DNA of 64,000 bases from Eutreptiella sp. 'Long Island Sound 2002' (Eukaryota > Protista > Euglenida). Numbering within the stretch: position 1 is the stretch's first letter; every line of letters begins with the position of its first letter. The translations under genes were made by a program, and so were the position numbers. The stretch covers positions 39,122,001 through 39,186,000 of the forward strand of contig OZ038378.1 of assembly GCA_964036045.1 (NCBI GenBank), given 5' to 3'. Below the pieces are notes generated by a model, which was given only the letters and a program-made list of their open reading frames with translations, did no database searches and was not told where the DNA came from. Positions 45,501 to 57,463 of this stretch are shown here, piece by piece.

Positions 45501-48500
45501 CTGTGCATTGCTGCAGAACGTCTGTGGCCACTGCTACCACATTTAACGGACTGCAATGCCACGTGAAGCGCCGGTCGAAACCGTCATATGCATATAAGAA
45601 TTGTACAATGTTACCATACTGATCGCGAATAGTGTAGTCATAGTGTGATGTATTGTGTTCAAGCATCTTCATTGCCAACCGCATTGCATAACCTGATTGT
45701 GCAGTACTGGTTGCACCCTCAACGAGCGCCTCACAACCTGCCATTGCGTGAATGAAGAAATCGATGGGGCTCAGACCCATAAAAAAATTTCCAGTATATA
45801 CGAGACCCCGATTGCGTAGATCGAGCAATTGCTGTTCCCTAGATGAACTTTGTGAACACAGAATGCATGTGGAAAAAATTTACCGTGAACATTGGGCTGA
45901 ACACGACCACCCTGGATCACTCGTTGTCCAACACAATACGTTGTTTGGGGGATGTTACTGATGGACCCCTTAGATCCCAAGATTGTAAGTAACAACATAT
46001 TGTTCGGCATACTGCCACGGTCAAGTCGATTGCGACAGAGGTATCGTACAACCCGTTCGTCATTGACACGCTGTACCGTAATTAATAGTTCAAGCAACGG
46101 TGTCCCGGTATTGAGTACGGTATTGATGCACACATCTTCTTGCTTATGCAGAACCTCTGCAATTACTCGTTGTGTGTAGGCATTGCAGACAGACAACAGA
46201 CTTTGTGGCAGGCGACAGTCGTCGAGTGAGACTGTCAGGTTGTAACATCGCATGGTAACGTGTGCAGTGAGAATTTGCATACAGTTGATGAAATGTTGTG
46301 CGACACAACCTCCGTGTTGCACATACAGATGATGCAATAATCCATGTTTTGCTGTCAATGATGCCGCATCAAAAACCCCAGCATGTAGGAGTCCTGCAAA
46401 GATCTGTACCTGACGTCTGTCCTGCGGAATGTTATGGAGCCGCAAATATATTTCAAGTAGGCCCCTGGGGCGTGCCCCTGTAAAATGCAGATTTGTTGGC
46501 AACATCATGGACATTAATGCAAGTCCAGTGTATCGGTATTCCTGAAAATCCATACATGAAACAAAATAGCACGTGGGATGTGCTATGCACAATGCAGCAT
46601 ATGTTTTTCGCATTTCATCCTGCCTGTGTATGATTTGATCAAATGCGAGAGGCATGGAACAGCACAGTTGTTGCGATTCACCACGCGTGAAATGTGTCAT
46701 GGATCTGCCCCCACGGTCACACCGTGTCAACCAAAAGGCTGTGACAATGGCATGATGGATCAGACGGACAACCGGCTTTGAGCCCTGTCCCGTGACAATT
46801 TGATGCTGCAATGCCATTATGTTCTGCAGCTCAGCCTCGGCAGCTGGGGATTGTGGAAAATGTACGTTAATCTCATCGCCATCGTAGTCACCACGGAGTG
46901 CCTCTATTGCTGCACAATTGCATGCAAACGATTGTATAGGCAGGGGCACAACCCGCATACCAAGCATGGACTCCTCTACCAATGTGGGTTGCCGATAGAA
47001 GAGTATGTAATCGCCCTCCTGTGGCAGTACCAACAACTCATCACCCACATCCAATTTTGGCCATTTGATGTAGTTTAATGGATTCAGAAATTGTCCATCC
47101 CGCAGGACTCTGTCACCCACACACATGCGCACCTGAATACGATTATCAATGGTAGTCATGTTTAATGGCAGAGCACATACCGTGTACGGTACAGGTGGTG
47201 TACTGCAATTGGCATTGATACAATACTTCCGGCCATCTCTAACCAGAATATCAGTGGACTGTAGTGTCAATGTCTGCTCAGCAACGAAGGAAATATGCCA
47301 TTTCTGTGGATTGTTATATTTTTGCATGAAATGTACCTGCCCAGTGTGTGACATTCTTGTTGCATACTCCAAATTGTACATTTGCACCACCAACAACTTT
47401 GTAATGCGTTGTAACACCTGATAAGGCAAACCAACCTGATCGGCAAGCAGAAACGCATCACATGTTGCAACACCCCGGGCACAAAAATTGACATGCTTGC
47501 CCATACCCTCTCTTCGGATGCGTCCCGCCTTGCCTACCCAACGGTTTCTTATGGAAGTCGTTGAGGTTTTTGCACTTTGTGCAGTTGTAGTTGCACATAC
47601 AGACTCCGCGGATGTTGCCGCCAACGATGCATTGGTTACCGTCTGTGTGGCTGATGGCGGGCAGCTGGTTGACATTGTATAACGACAACGTGCAATCCTC
47701 GTCCTCCTTGTCACCGTGGTAAATGAACTCTGTTGTTGATCAAGGTATATTTTTTTGATGCTGTGCTGAATTTCCGAATTGCGCTTGTGTTGGTTTACGG
47801 GGTCATTCGAATATATCCTGATTGCATGGAGAATATTGGCATATTCGATCGTGATGTCGTCCTTTATCACCATGCCAACCGTATTTTGACTGCTTGGGCG
47901 CGCCACAGGTGGCAGTACAGGCAACACACTCAATAGCATGTTTACAGGGGGATTGTTGATCGGATTCAAACCCAATGCAACGTAATCTGCATCTGGCACC
48001 TCAATTAGTAGGGTGTACACACTTAAACTGGACAGCGGTATTTCACACGGCAGCTCGGGGTTGGAAATGTACATTTGCAATCCAATGTTGCGTACAACTG
48101 ACCGCTTACGCCCACAATGCATACAATGTGACTGTCGCTGCAGAAACAGTTGTATCGTGCGTAGATGTGTGGTGATACTTGCCGGAGAGCGTCTTGGTAA
48201 CGGAAACATGACTCTCAGTATGTTTGGTGACAGCAAGAGACGTCGACAGAGAATACACATAAAGTTCACCACATGCACCACGTGGGTAATGAAAAGTGGA
48301 TTATACATGCATTGTGGTAGCATGATGTGCCCCATGTGACCAGGACATCCTTTGTAATCAAGGGAACAGGTGCGACAGGCTGCACGTGGCATACCACCCA
48401 GTCGTTCGTCATCGAGTAACTTCACGTCATTGATCTCCAGCACCGACAAACGCTGTAGAATCGCATACCGTGACAGCACTGCGAATTGCACTTTGTTCGT

Positions 48501-48785
48501 GGTAATGTACTGTATGAAATTCGGTGATGCATTGCTCGGTACGGCTGATCCAGCAATGCTGGAATAATACACACCCGTTCCTGCAAACGGTGCCCGGCGT
48601 TTTTCTGATGGTTTTTTTGTTCGTACACGTGTGTGCTCAGTGACCTCAGTCACTGCCCGTGTGCTATAGAATCTGTCTTGCAATTCACTTAATGCGATGA
48701 ATTGGGTCGTCATAGGACCTGTGGGAGAGGGTGTGCCAGCAATGACTACGAATGCATGCTTGTGTCCTTCGTGTCCTTGTGACAA
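45487..48785 (-). pseudogene. RPB1: Viral RNA polymerase largest subunit, N-terminal ~1,090 aa, frameshifted at ~45,830-45,880; the C-terminal (A''-equivalent) part is not seen
   Basis: It has CRTC..CPGHMGH, GKAGRIR..MGKHVNFCAR, RQPTL and the catalytic GDYDGDEIN, then GSKGS..CVGQ. The second frame gives GLSPIDFFIHAMAGCEAL..TAQSGY..QFLYAYDGFD (bridge helix). Confidence 0.96.
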
Positions 48786-49408
48786 AACACACGTAACCCC
48801 TGCATAATGAGCGCAGTACCATGCTTGGCGTTTGTTACCTGTGCTTGTGCAAGCAGCGCCGTCAATGTTTCTTCAAAGCGACTCAGCGCCATTGAGCCAT
48901 CTATGGTTTGCAACGATGGTATCACCCTACCGATCAACTGCAACATTTGTGGTGCTATATCCATCAGGCCCCTTATATCCACTGACCCCATTTCCTGTGA
49001 CTCAGTCACAGCAAGGTGCCCACCCACCCCACGTTGCAGAAGGCCTGCAATGTGCTTTTTTTGCTGATCGAATCGTCCAGCTTTACTTGGGTCACAGGCA
49101 ATACAAAGATTGTACCACGTCAACCAAAGGTTGCCATATGTCATCTTGTTACTGTCGTGCAATGTAAAAGGTTCATGTATGGGAAGTGAATGTTGTTTGA
49201 TGACCAAACTGGGGCTATTTGTAAATTGCCGACCATTGATCGAGATCATTGCCGTCTGGTTGGCTGCTATTGACATATAGGTGCACACTGCCTGTGCCAC
49301 ATCCGTGCTACTTATCTGACCTGAAGAAATTGATGCTGCCAATGTACTGTAGCAATCACCCTGCCCAAATGCCAACGATGCATGCAAGTGACCAAGAACT
49401 GAATCCAT
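48746..49408 (-). CDS. Viral hypothetical protein (220 aa)
   Basis: Long ORF overlapping the RPB1 start, on the same strand. Confidence 0.55.
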   Translation of the reverse strand: MDSVLGHLHASLAFGQGDCYSTLAASISSGQISSTDVAQAVCTYMSIAANQTAMISINGRQFTNSPSLVIKQHSLPIHEPFTLHDSNKMTYGNLWLTWYNLCIACDPSKAGRFDQQKKHIAGLLQRGVGGHLAVTESQEMGSVDIRGLMDIAPQMLQLIGRVIPSLQTIDGSMALSRFEETLTALLAQAQVTNAKHGTALIMQGLRVFCHKDTKDTSMHS

Positions 49409-49463
49409 GTATGTTTCTGATTGTTTCTGTATATGTGTATGGGAATATACGGTGCATCGTCCC

Positions 49464-49976
49464 TTAACAGTTTACGTGACTGCATGCACAACACTCCATG
49501 CATGTACGGATTTCAGTGCTGCCCTCGTCTGCTGATCTGGTTTGTACCGATCTTACCGAAATACGATTGCTGCCACACCGTTTGCAATGGTAAACATTAC
49601 TGATGCATGTACTCAACAGTGCCTGTTCAGTGTGCGAAATATCGATTACTTCTTGTTGCAGAAACGATACAAAATGGTCCTGCTGCTCCAGAATGCGCTC
49701 TGGGTGGATGCCACATGTCAGCCAAACAAGCACGCTTGGGATGGCCATGTGACAAATCAATGGATCTGCTGGTATCTCATTCAGTAGTCGCTGCCGCCAT
49801 TCTGACGTGTCCTCCTCGTCAATTGCTTGCAGCAATGCATTTATTATACTGGCACGGTCCATTTGTAGGCCTGCTGATGGCATTGTACAGAAACTCTGGA
49901 TTATAGGTATAAGAATAGACAGATGGACAGTTTCAGATTGACTGCTGCAGAAATGAGATTGCATCTGCAATTGCAT
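49464..49976 (-). CDS. TFIIS: Transcription elongation factor TFIIS-like
   Basis: C-terminal zinc ribbon CKRC..VQTRSADEG...CMEC. Confidence 0.92.
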   Translation of the reverse strand: MQLQMQSHFCSSQSETVHLSILIPIIQSFCTMPSAGLQMDRASIINALLQAIDEEDTSEWRQRLLNEIPADPLICHMAIPSVLVWLTCGIHPERILEQQDHFVSFLQQEVIDISHTEQALLSTCISNVYHCKRCGSNRISVRSVQTRSADEGSTEIRTCMECCACSHVNC

Positions 49977-50394
49977 TGAACAAGGAGATCAGATCAGTTA
50001 TTGGAATGTTTGTCCAAGGTGCAAAACACACGGCAGAAAATTGACATATGGACATAATCCGTTGTATTACGGGGCGATGCTGATGCTGAATGCTTCTTAG
50101 CATAATAATGCCCCCGTCTGCTGACAACAACGGTACAAAAATGAGCAACAACAGTGCATACCAGCGTCGTACATAATGCAATAGCCCTCCTGTATGTTGA
50201 ACCAACACCCACCCGTCTGTTGTATCATGGTCAAAACACGGGGGCATTGCACAATTTCGCAAGTTGAAAGTGGAAGAAATGCTCGAGTGCATTTGGGCCA
50301 ATTGGGGACATCCCAAAAATGGCATTAGGGCAGTTATTGGTTCAATCAGGCATGTGTACAGAGTAATTAACATTTTGTGCGTCTGATAAAACAA
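49933..50394 (-). CDS. Hypothetical protein
   Basis: 153-aa ORF overlapping its neighbours. Confidence 0.35.
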   Translation of the reverse strand: MFYQTHKMLITLYTCLIEPITALMPFLGCPQLAQMHSSISSTFNLRNCAMPPCFDHDTTDGWVLVQHTGGLLHYVRRWYALLLLIFVPLLSADGGIIMLRSIQHQHRPVIQRIMSICQFSAVCFAPWTNIPITDLISLFNAIADAISFLQQSI

Positions 50395-51504
50395 ACAACA
50401 ATGAATAGGGATGATAGCATACTGCTGTTGCCCATGCGATTACGTAACCAGGTTGGGTGGTGTGCACTTGCTGTGCTATATGCACAATCACGGGGGTGCC
50501 ATGTGAGACATCAGCGTCTTGGCAGAGAACAATTTGCCCTGTGGCATCGAACGGTCACACCACTGCTTCCAGCGTGGCCCTTGGAAGATTATGTTTTCCG
50601 TACACACGTGCAATCACTTTTGCAGCAATGGGAACGCAAAAAATCCTACAACACTGTGCGTCGCTATGCCTCAGATTTGCAATTACTTTACAGAATGCTG
50701 ATTGATAGTTCCCTCATTGAACATATCAGCAGCAATCGCCTCATCCGAGTGTCATACATGCAGGCCAAATAGATCAACAAAGCATCAGATCACCCAATGT
50801 TGCAAAATTACTATCAACCCTACCTCATTCAGGATGATGCATCACGTCGCCGTCGTGATATATTTACACACGTTGAAATTGATGCATTGTACGGGGCTGC
50901 CAACAAGGAGGGTGATCGCGCCATGCTTCTACTACTTTTGACAGCGGGCTTGCGTGTTGGTGGTGTACGGTCATGTCGCTACAGGGATTTCATATGTGAC
51001 GAACAGGCCGTGAGTGTTGCATGTACAGTTGAGAAGGGTGGCAGGTTGCACCGTTTCTATGTGTGTCGCCTTCTACAGAATAGCATTATGCAATTGCGCG
51101 CAAAAAACCGACACGCACAGTACATTTTGTCCAGTAAACGTAAAAAAAATGATCCAGTTGCGATCATGACCCTGCAGCGTCGTTTCACATCGTTACAGAG
51201 GAAAGCACAGTTATCAAAACCTTATCGGGGGGTGCATGCCACACGCCATACTGTTGCACACGCTTTACGCTTGATTGGCGTCCCATGCACATTTATTCAG
51301 GCATATTTGGGGCACCAATGTGTACAAACCACGAATGTCTATGGGCGTTTATCAGCAGTTGATGAAGCTCACGCCCTCCATTTGCCGTGGGCGGACGGGC
51401 CAAAAAATAGTGGAATGGTCACAGACACAACAGAACGCGGTTGGACACTTTTGCGTGCCTTATGTGGTCAGATGACGGTACATGATAGAAAGGAAGACAA
51501 ATAA
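50377..51504 (+). pseudogene. Tyrosine recombinase/integrase 1 (XerC/D-like), split by one in-frame TAG at 50770-50772
   Basis: ORFs 50377-50772 and 50797-51504 share a frame. The N-part has KSYNTVRRYASDL (integrase core-binding-like). The catalytic set is GLR, EKG, HATRH, LGH and TTNVY. Confidence 0.9.
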
Positions 51505-52109
51505 TGAGCGAGGAAGTCATTGAGATTGTTGTGGATGATCGTGAGGAACACTTGCACGCAGCATTGCGTGCAATAGATACAACTGATTTCAAGCTACACA
51601 AAAAAAGACTAAAAGTCGGCGATGTACTGATACAAACAAAAGTGAAAGACACAGTGAATATTCGCGTTGTCCTCGAAAGGAAGCGCATGGACGACCTGCT
51701 GAACAGTGTATTTGAGGGACGTCTGAAGCGTCAGATGACAGCCATGAATGAAATGTGTGTTACTGCACAGGCAGAGGTGGTGCTTTTGCTGGAAGGCGAT
51801 ATTGAGTGGCACATCAGACGAACGGTGGCCCAACGGCAGCGGCAACAGCAGCATGCCTGTACAGAAACTGCCATGTACAACTTGATATACTCTCGTATGC
51901 TGGATGTTTTACGTGGTGATGACCACGTATATGTTATCCAGACACCCTCTGTTACAACATCTGCACTGCTGCTACACAGATATGCTCGCAAATTTCGTTC
52001 ATGCGTGCAACAAACTGAACCAGTCGTCAGCCGTTTTGAGGGCGCGCTGAGGTCGCGTGTAAACAAAAATGACATCACGTCGCCCTCGCGTGAGGGCAAC
52101 AGAAAATAG
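51504..52109 (+). CDS. ERCC4 (XPF/Mus81-like) structure-specific nuclease
   Basis: IVVDDRE..RLKVGDV..VLERKRMDDLLNSVFEGRLKRQ..LLLEG. Confidence 0.9.
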   Translation: MSEEVIEIVVDDREEHLHAALRAIDTTDFKLHKKRLKVGDVLIQTKVKDTVNIRVVLERKRMDDLLNSVFEGRLKRQMTAMNEMCVTAQAEVVLLLEGDIEWHIRRTVAQRQRQQQHACTETAMYNLIYSRMLDVLRGDDHVYVIQTPSVTTSALLLHRYARKFRSCVQQTEPVVSRFEGALRSRVNKNDITSPSREGNRK

Positions 52110-53534
52110 ATTACGCATATCCCTCTCATCCTCCCCGCCGTGTGGGTGGCGATACATGTCCATCAGTATAACTGTGGCATCGAACGTCAGACCCTTGCAG
52201 CTGTGCACCGTGGTGACACACACGTTCCGGAATGAGCTGCGTGGTACCTTGTGACCAACAAGTGTATTGAGTATGAATATCAAAAAGTTATTGAATTCGT
52301 CAATTGGCACAGAGGCCGCGGTCCGTCCAATCAGTCGTATGCTGTATTCGGAGGAAACAGATAACTTCTCAATACAATTCAATCTAATTTCCAACGTGTT
52401 GTCATTCAATAGGGTGTTACACATTTCTGAGACATTACATTGCAGCGCCTCACTCAAAACGGAACACAGCATGTCACGCAGACCGTTGGAGGCCCATCTG
52501 ACATGGATAGCAGTCGACCTGGTGAAAGCAGCCAATAATAAATTGATGATCTGCTTGTTGGTTCGCAGAACTACTGCCATGTTGTTGTTGTTGGTCAAAT
52601 CATTACAGTACCACCGCCAGAACTGTCGATAGCTGCGTACACAAAATGCGTTGATGTTTTGACCAACGGGGGCTGACGCTGCAGGCACTATGTGTGGTAC
52701 AAGTTGCTGTGCGAGTTTGACTGTTGTACAGGGACACCGGTGACACACGTTCAGCTGCAATTTGTGTATAGCATGTGTCTGTACACGTGTCTGCGGCAAT
52801 TTCCCAAGATGTTCCACTGCATCACTTGACACGTGTCGGAAGCCATAGATTGTCTGATTACTGTCACCGACAAAAACGATGCCTTGCATTGTTCTATGCT
52901 GACGTTGTATGATACCGATGATAATCAGTTGCTGCGCAACATTCAAATCCTTTATTTCGTCCACCAATAACCAATCATAGACAGGAAATGCCAGGTCGTG
53001 TCGTGTTGCATAGTGGATGATACCATCGAAATCGAAACATCCCCTCTCTGTCGCATCCGCATATATGTCCTCAATGACCTGCTGTGTCAGCTGTCTGATT
53101 CTGACATCAACACCCGGCAATGTATCCTCCTGTATTGTATGCAGCCCATTGCTGCGGGCATATGTCAAGAGGTCTGAAACCTGTCAACGCAAGTCCTGCA
53201 TACCACCGGTGGCGGCAGCAATGGCAGAGTCTGCCTGATATGGACACAATTTGGGTGATACCTTGGTACTTGGCCATGAACGCTGAACAGCAGCCCATAC
53301 AAATGCGTGTAACGTATGAGCAGCCCATATGTCATGGCTGCGCTGACAGGCATCAGATGCCATTGAATTGTTGAATGCCAGATATAACCCAGATCTTCCC
53401 ATACCATGTAAAATATCTGCACAGTCGTATAGAACGGTCGTCTTTCCGGAGCCAGCCACAGAGTCCACGATCCATACACCATTATCCTTGGCTGTGGTGA
53501 TGGCACTCACAACATTTTGCTGTTCGGTTGACAA
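51999..53534 (-). pseudogene. UvrD/REP-type SF1 helicase, split by an in-frame TGA at 53184-53186
   Basis: Motifs AGSGKTT, LAFN, TLHAF, VDEIKD, VGDSNQTIYGFR, TVHSCKGLTF and VALTRG. Both ORFs are in the same frame. Confidence 0.92.
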
Positions 53535-54022
53535 CCGGGAAATTTAAAAAAACTGTTTATTTGGACATTGATAACATCACTGACATGACGAACAGGCATA
53601 AACACAACATCAATATGACCAAACAGGAATACACATTTTGGTCCACCCGCTGGCAAGGTAAATTGCCACACAATGTGGTGTTACATGATGATGGGTCAAC
53701 CACGGATTTCGATATACTCACGGACCTGGATTCGTTCATTCGGTGTAGAGGGACTGTCCAAAAATGGCCTACCTGTAAACTGAGTGCCGGTATGCCAGTA
53801 TGGCAAATAACACCAGTCATGGTACAGTCACGATGGTTCCTATTGGACATCTCTCCACCCAGCCTAGCAAACATACTGATGAGACGTGCCGTGCAAAATC
53901 GTATTGATATAACCACATTGCTGCACACTACCAAGCTATGTATGTCACGGATTCAAGACGACATTGAAGTTGTGCAGTTGACACCAGAGTATGGCTATTT
54001 GGAAGCAGAGGCCTATATTTAG
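53528..54022 (+). CDS. Viral hypothetical protein (164 aa)
   Basis: ORF divergent from the helicase, with protein-like composition. Confidence 0.5.
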   Translation: MTTGKFKKTVYLDIDNITDMTNRHKHNINMTKQEYTFWSTRWQGKLPHNVVLHDDGSTTDFDILTDLDSFIRCRGTVQKWPTCKLSAGMPVWQITPVMVQSRWFLLDISPPSLANILMRRAVQNRIDITTLLHTTKLCMSRIQDDIEVVQLTPEYGYLEAEAYI

Positions 54023-54088
54023 AGTGCAATTGAGCCAGACTATAAATTCTCATTCACCAATGTCTACACTGGCAACCGTCAACAATTT

Positions 54089-54367
54089 GTGAATTTCTTT
54101 GAGCGTCACCAACTGACCGGCTTTGTTGACCGTGGGGCTACATCACCAGAAGACCCCCCACAATGCTACCTGACAGGGAATGACATAAAACTCACAGAGC
54201 CAACGGTCGTGCAGTGGCCAGATTCATGTATGATGACACTCCAATCACAACTTAATAAGCGATTGGATGATGATGATGATGTAATGTATAATACAGATTC
54301 TGATTGTAATGAACACAACGAATTTTGCGACTCTGACGAAGAACCCGAATCCGAAGGGGAAAGCTGA
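54089..54367 (+). CDS. Small acidic hypothetical protein
   Basis: 92-aa ORF with an Asp/Glu-rich C-terminus, overlapping the A32 start. Confidence 0.4.
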   Translation: MNFFERHQLTGFVDRGATSPEDPPQCYLTGNDIKLTEPTVVQWPDSCMMTLQSQLNKRLDDDDDVMYNTDSDCNEHNEFCDSDEEPESEGES

Positions 54368-55238
54368 AAAGGATGCACAACAACAAAAAAGGGGTGAGGG
54401 AGACGTATCACAAAGGAAAAGGCCACCAATTGGCCAATGGGCAGGGGGTGCAATTGTAAGCTTTCGTATACCATGGTTTGACCCCGCGGTGCATCTGGAC
54501 GGCAGTGAAAGATTGGGTATCATAGGACTACCAGGCACCGGCAAGTCCTGCTGTGTGAAATCGTTGCTACATGCACTGCATGGTCAATTTGGCAAGGTGA
54601 TGGCCATGAGTGGCAGTGAGAGTGACAACAGATATTATGAATCATTCATTCCCAAACTCTTTGTACACAATCGATTGAGCGTTTTGGCTCTGAAACAATT
54701 TGTGAATGGACAGCGTTTACTGAGGGCAACAGATCCCAATGGTGCCCATCAACATTCCCTGATCATAATGGATGACGTTCTGGATAATGCGAGACAATTA
54801 GACCAGCCAGTGGTGCACATGCTGTACAAACAGGGTCGTCACATCAGTAGCAGTGTCTGGTTAGTACAGCAGTACCCAATGGATGTACGGCCATTCATCA
54901 GGTCAACCAGATCTGCGGTCATCCTGTACGGCAATGTAAATCAGCAGGCACGAAGAAAAATGTATGATAACTATGGTTCGTTATTCCCATCGTTTGCGGA
55001 GTTTGAGGCTGCATTCGAGCACGTGACCACAAGCCAGCCACACACTGCCCTTGTGATACTACTGAAAGGGTCCCGTCCAATTCAATCCGCGGTCTTTTGG
55101 TATAGAGCAGATTTGTCACACATACCCCCGGGCTTTATCGTTGGACATCCACGAATGCAGGAACATTCTGCTGCACGGCTAGATGCAGGCAAGGCACAGG
55201 ATATGGGCTTGTTGAGTATGGTGGGTAGTGACCACTAA
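54309..55238 (+). CDS. A32: A32-like virion DNA-packaging ATPase
   Basis: GIIGLPGTGKS (Walker A), AMSGSESDNRYYESFIP, IIMDD (Walker B) and QGRH..LVQQYPMDVRPFIRS. Confidence 0.93.
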   Translation: MNTTNFATLTKNPNPKGKAEKDAQQQKRGEGDVSQRKRPPIGQWAGGAIVSFRIPWFDPAVHLDGSERLGIIGLPGTGKSCCVKSLLHALHGQFGKVMAMSGSESDNRYYESFIPKLFVHNRLSVLALKQFVNGQRLLRATDPNGAHQHSLIIMDDVLDNARQLDQPVVHMLYKQGRHISSSVWLVQQYPMDVRPFIRSTRSAVILYGNVNQQARRKMYDNYGSLFPSFAEFEAAFEHVTTSQPHTALVILLKGSRPIQSAVFWYRADLSHIPPGFIVGHPRMQEHSAARLDAGKAQDMGLLSMVGSDH

Positions 55239-55654
55239 CCGTGTTTTACTGCATAGTAGGTGTTGTTAATTGGATTGTAAATGACATGCAACATTCTGGT
55301 TGCGTCATCAACATGTAGGGGCACGTGTGCATGTATGTTGTGGATGTAATCAGTGATTTGGTGTGTAACAACGGAAGTTGCAAACGATGACTGCTTTTTT
55401 TTGTGCCTAAACACCACGTAAATTGTCAATTGACAATTGAAGCAATCACAGATACAGTCACTGTTTCTTTGGTCCCATGTGACGGGCGGCAAAGCTGTGT
55501 TCAGGCCGCGTAGTGCCATACGTGTTCGACATTCTGTCACATTTGCCACATAGTACATATTCAACTTCGCCTTCAGTCTTTGTGTTGTTGATGCTGTAAA
55601 TTCAGATATCAGTGCCGTGAGGAAATTGTTGGTTGCCCAAAGGTGCCGTTGCAA
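55235..55654 (-). CDS. Hypothetical protein
   Basis: 139-aa ORF in a tightly packed minus-strand run. Confidence 0.45.
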   Translation of the reverse strand: MQRHLWATNNFLTALISEFTASTTQRLKAKLNMYYVANVTECRTRMALRGLNTALPPVTWDQRNSDCICDCFNCQLTIYVVFRHKKKQSSFATSVVTHQITDYIHNIHAHVPLHVDDATRMLHVIYNPINNTYYAVKHG

Positions 55655-56086
55655 CTATACTGATGTATATTGTGAATTCATGAGCTCCGATACCATCTGC
55701 ATAGAAATGCAGTGTTCAATGATCAACACATCAGACAGGTTCATCATTGCTGCATCAAGAAGATTCAGCAAATCAGCGCCAATTTTTTCAAACAGCCAGG
55801 GGAACCATGCTGTGCAGTGTTGGGGGGCCTCGACTACAGCCGGAACCGTACGCAGTTTGCGTAGTTTGCGTGATCTGCACTCTTGATTGTTACCAGATGA
55901 GAAAATTCTTTCATATAAACAATCCAATGGGCGACATTCATCGCAATGACATCGCAATGCCGTCCTGACAGCTTCATCAACCATTTCCCGTGTACATGGC
56001 GAAATAGGGGCACGATGTTGCCAATGATTGACAACAATTTGGCATATGCGGTCAAGATCCGCCTGATGTAGCGATATGGATGTCAT
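55655..56086 (-). CDS. Hypothetical protein
   Basis: 143-aa ORF abutting the next gene. Confidence 0.45.
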   Translation of the reverse strand: MTSISLHQADLDRICQIVVNHWQHRAPISPCTREMVDEAVRTALRCHCDECRPLDCLYERIFSSGNNQECRSRKLRKLRTVPAVVEAPQHCTAWFPWLFEKIGADLLNLLDAAMMNLSDVLIIEHCISMQMVSELMNSQYTSV

Positions 56087-57209
56087 ACTGTGAAAACAAT
56101 ATGGTGATGCCAGCAGCAGTTCGCGAAGCAGGATGTGTAATGATCAAGTGCACCCTAAGCTCGCGCTTCGGAACCGATGACCAAAGCCGTACAAAAGGTG
56201 CTATCCACTCAGATTTGCTTGTATAATTTGGCACAGTGATCTCAATATGTACACTGTAACAAATTGATAAGGATAGCACTGTGGATGCAATGTGATGAAG
56301 GCATTGTGTGTCAAAACAATTGTGATTGTAATGTAAATTCAGGACCTGTAGGCGCTGACATGCCGCAATGGAGTTGCTGATTCGATAGAATTGGTATGGG
56401 TGCAAATCGTGACCGTGCAACCATAGGGTCAATTTGCTGACATTTGTGAGCGGCCGCAATACGTCACAGGGAACACATCCAAGGCAACATACATCGAAGC
56501 CGATTGCTACCTTTACTTTAATGCCATCATCACATGCAGCACACATGCCGGATGCAAACCGGTTTCCGCATGTGTAGCATGCACTGCAGGTGTAAATTTC
56601 ATGTTGGTGTGTGTTATGTTGATGGGCATGTAGGTGGACTTCAACCCTGCTCATGCATTTGAGAGCAACCGTCCGCACGTCATTGAGCAACGCATAGGCC
56701 AGTGCACGTTCTGTAAATGAAATTATAGACTCTCTGAACCATTGGTCACAAATGATTGAGAATTGTACTGCACGCAATCCGTGCAAACACGCGGGCCAGA
56801 AGGATCGAATCACCCACCTTTGCTGTATCGGGGAAATGGCAAAGTAACCCCCCACAGCCACATTGAGAAGAAATGCAGAATTCAATTCTACAATGGCCTG
56901 CTGAATGCAATATAGACCGGTGAGCATCATATCCAGATTTGGTATGTTGAGGGAGGTGAGGCTCAGCCGTGATAGATGACCACATCCACCCAGAATTGTG
57001 CAGACCTCTGTGAACATGTTGCTGCCAGCACCATTCAATACAAGGCATACCTTTGACAATTGTGATGCACAAACTGCCTGGCGTAGTTGGTATGGTATGG
57101 TGGTGTGCATCACACAGTGCAGATTCAAATTTAGACAGGTCAACGCAGTTGAAATACTCAACCATCCACAAATTGTGTCAGCACATATTTTGTCACATGT
57201 GATGGTCAA
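56052..57209 (-). CDS. Leucine-rich-repeat-like protein
   Basis: LSKVCLVLN, LSRLSLTSLN, VSKLTLWLH and LQVLNLHYN (LxxLxL pattern). Confidence 0.5.
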   Translation of the reverse strand: MTITCDKICADTICGWLSISTALTCLNLNLHCVMHTTIPYQLRQAVCASQLSKVCLVLNGAGSNMFTEVCTILGGCGHLSRLSLTSLNIPNLDMMLTGLYCIQQAIVELNSAFLLNVAVGGYFAISPIQQRWVIRSFWPACLHGLRAVQFSIICDQWFRESIISFTERALAYALLNDVRTVALKCMSRVEVHLHAHQHNTHQHEIYTCSACYTCGNRFASGMCAACDDGIKVKVAIGFDVCCLGCVPCDVLRPLTNVSKLTLWLHGHDLHPYQFYRISNSIAACQRLQVLNLHYNHNCFDTQCLHHIASTVLSLSICYSVHIEITVPNYTSKSEWIAPFVRLWSSVPKRELRVHLIITHPASRTAAGITILFSQYDIHIATSGGS

Positions 57210-57463
57210 TGTTCAATCCTCAAGCATTGGTATTGCACCGTTGTCAATGTCCAGTATCTGCAATTGTCTCCCTGGTAGGAGTATTGGGCCCGGCAGCCGG
57301 AGTTGTAATGACACCATTTGACAACGTGCCCTTGCCATTATAATAGGGTAGTGGTCGTATTGTGCACTCACATACCGATACTGCAGTAGTCACCAATGAT
57401 TGTGATTCACGTGACTCAGGACTCGATTTCTGACAAACTCACTAATGAGCATGATGATTTCAT

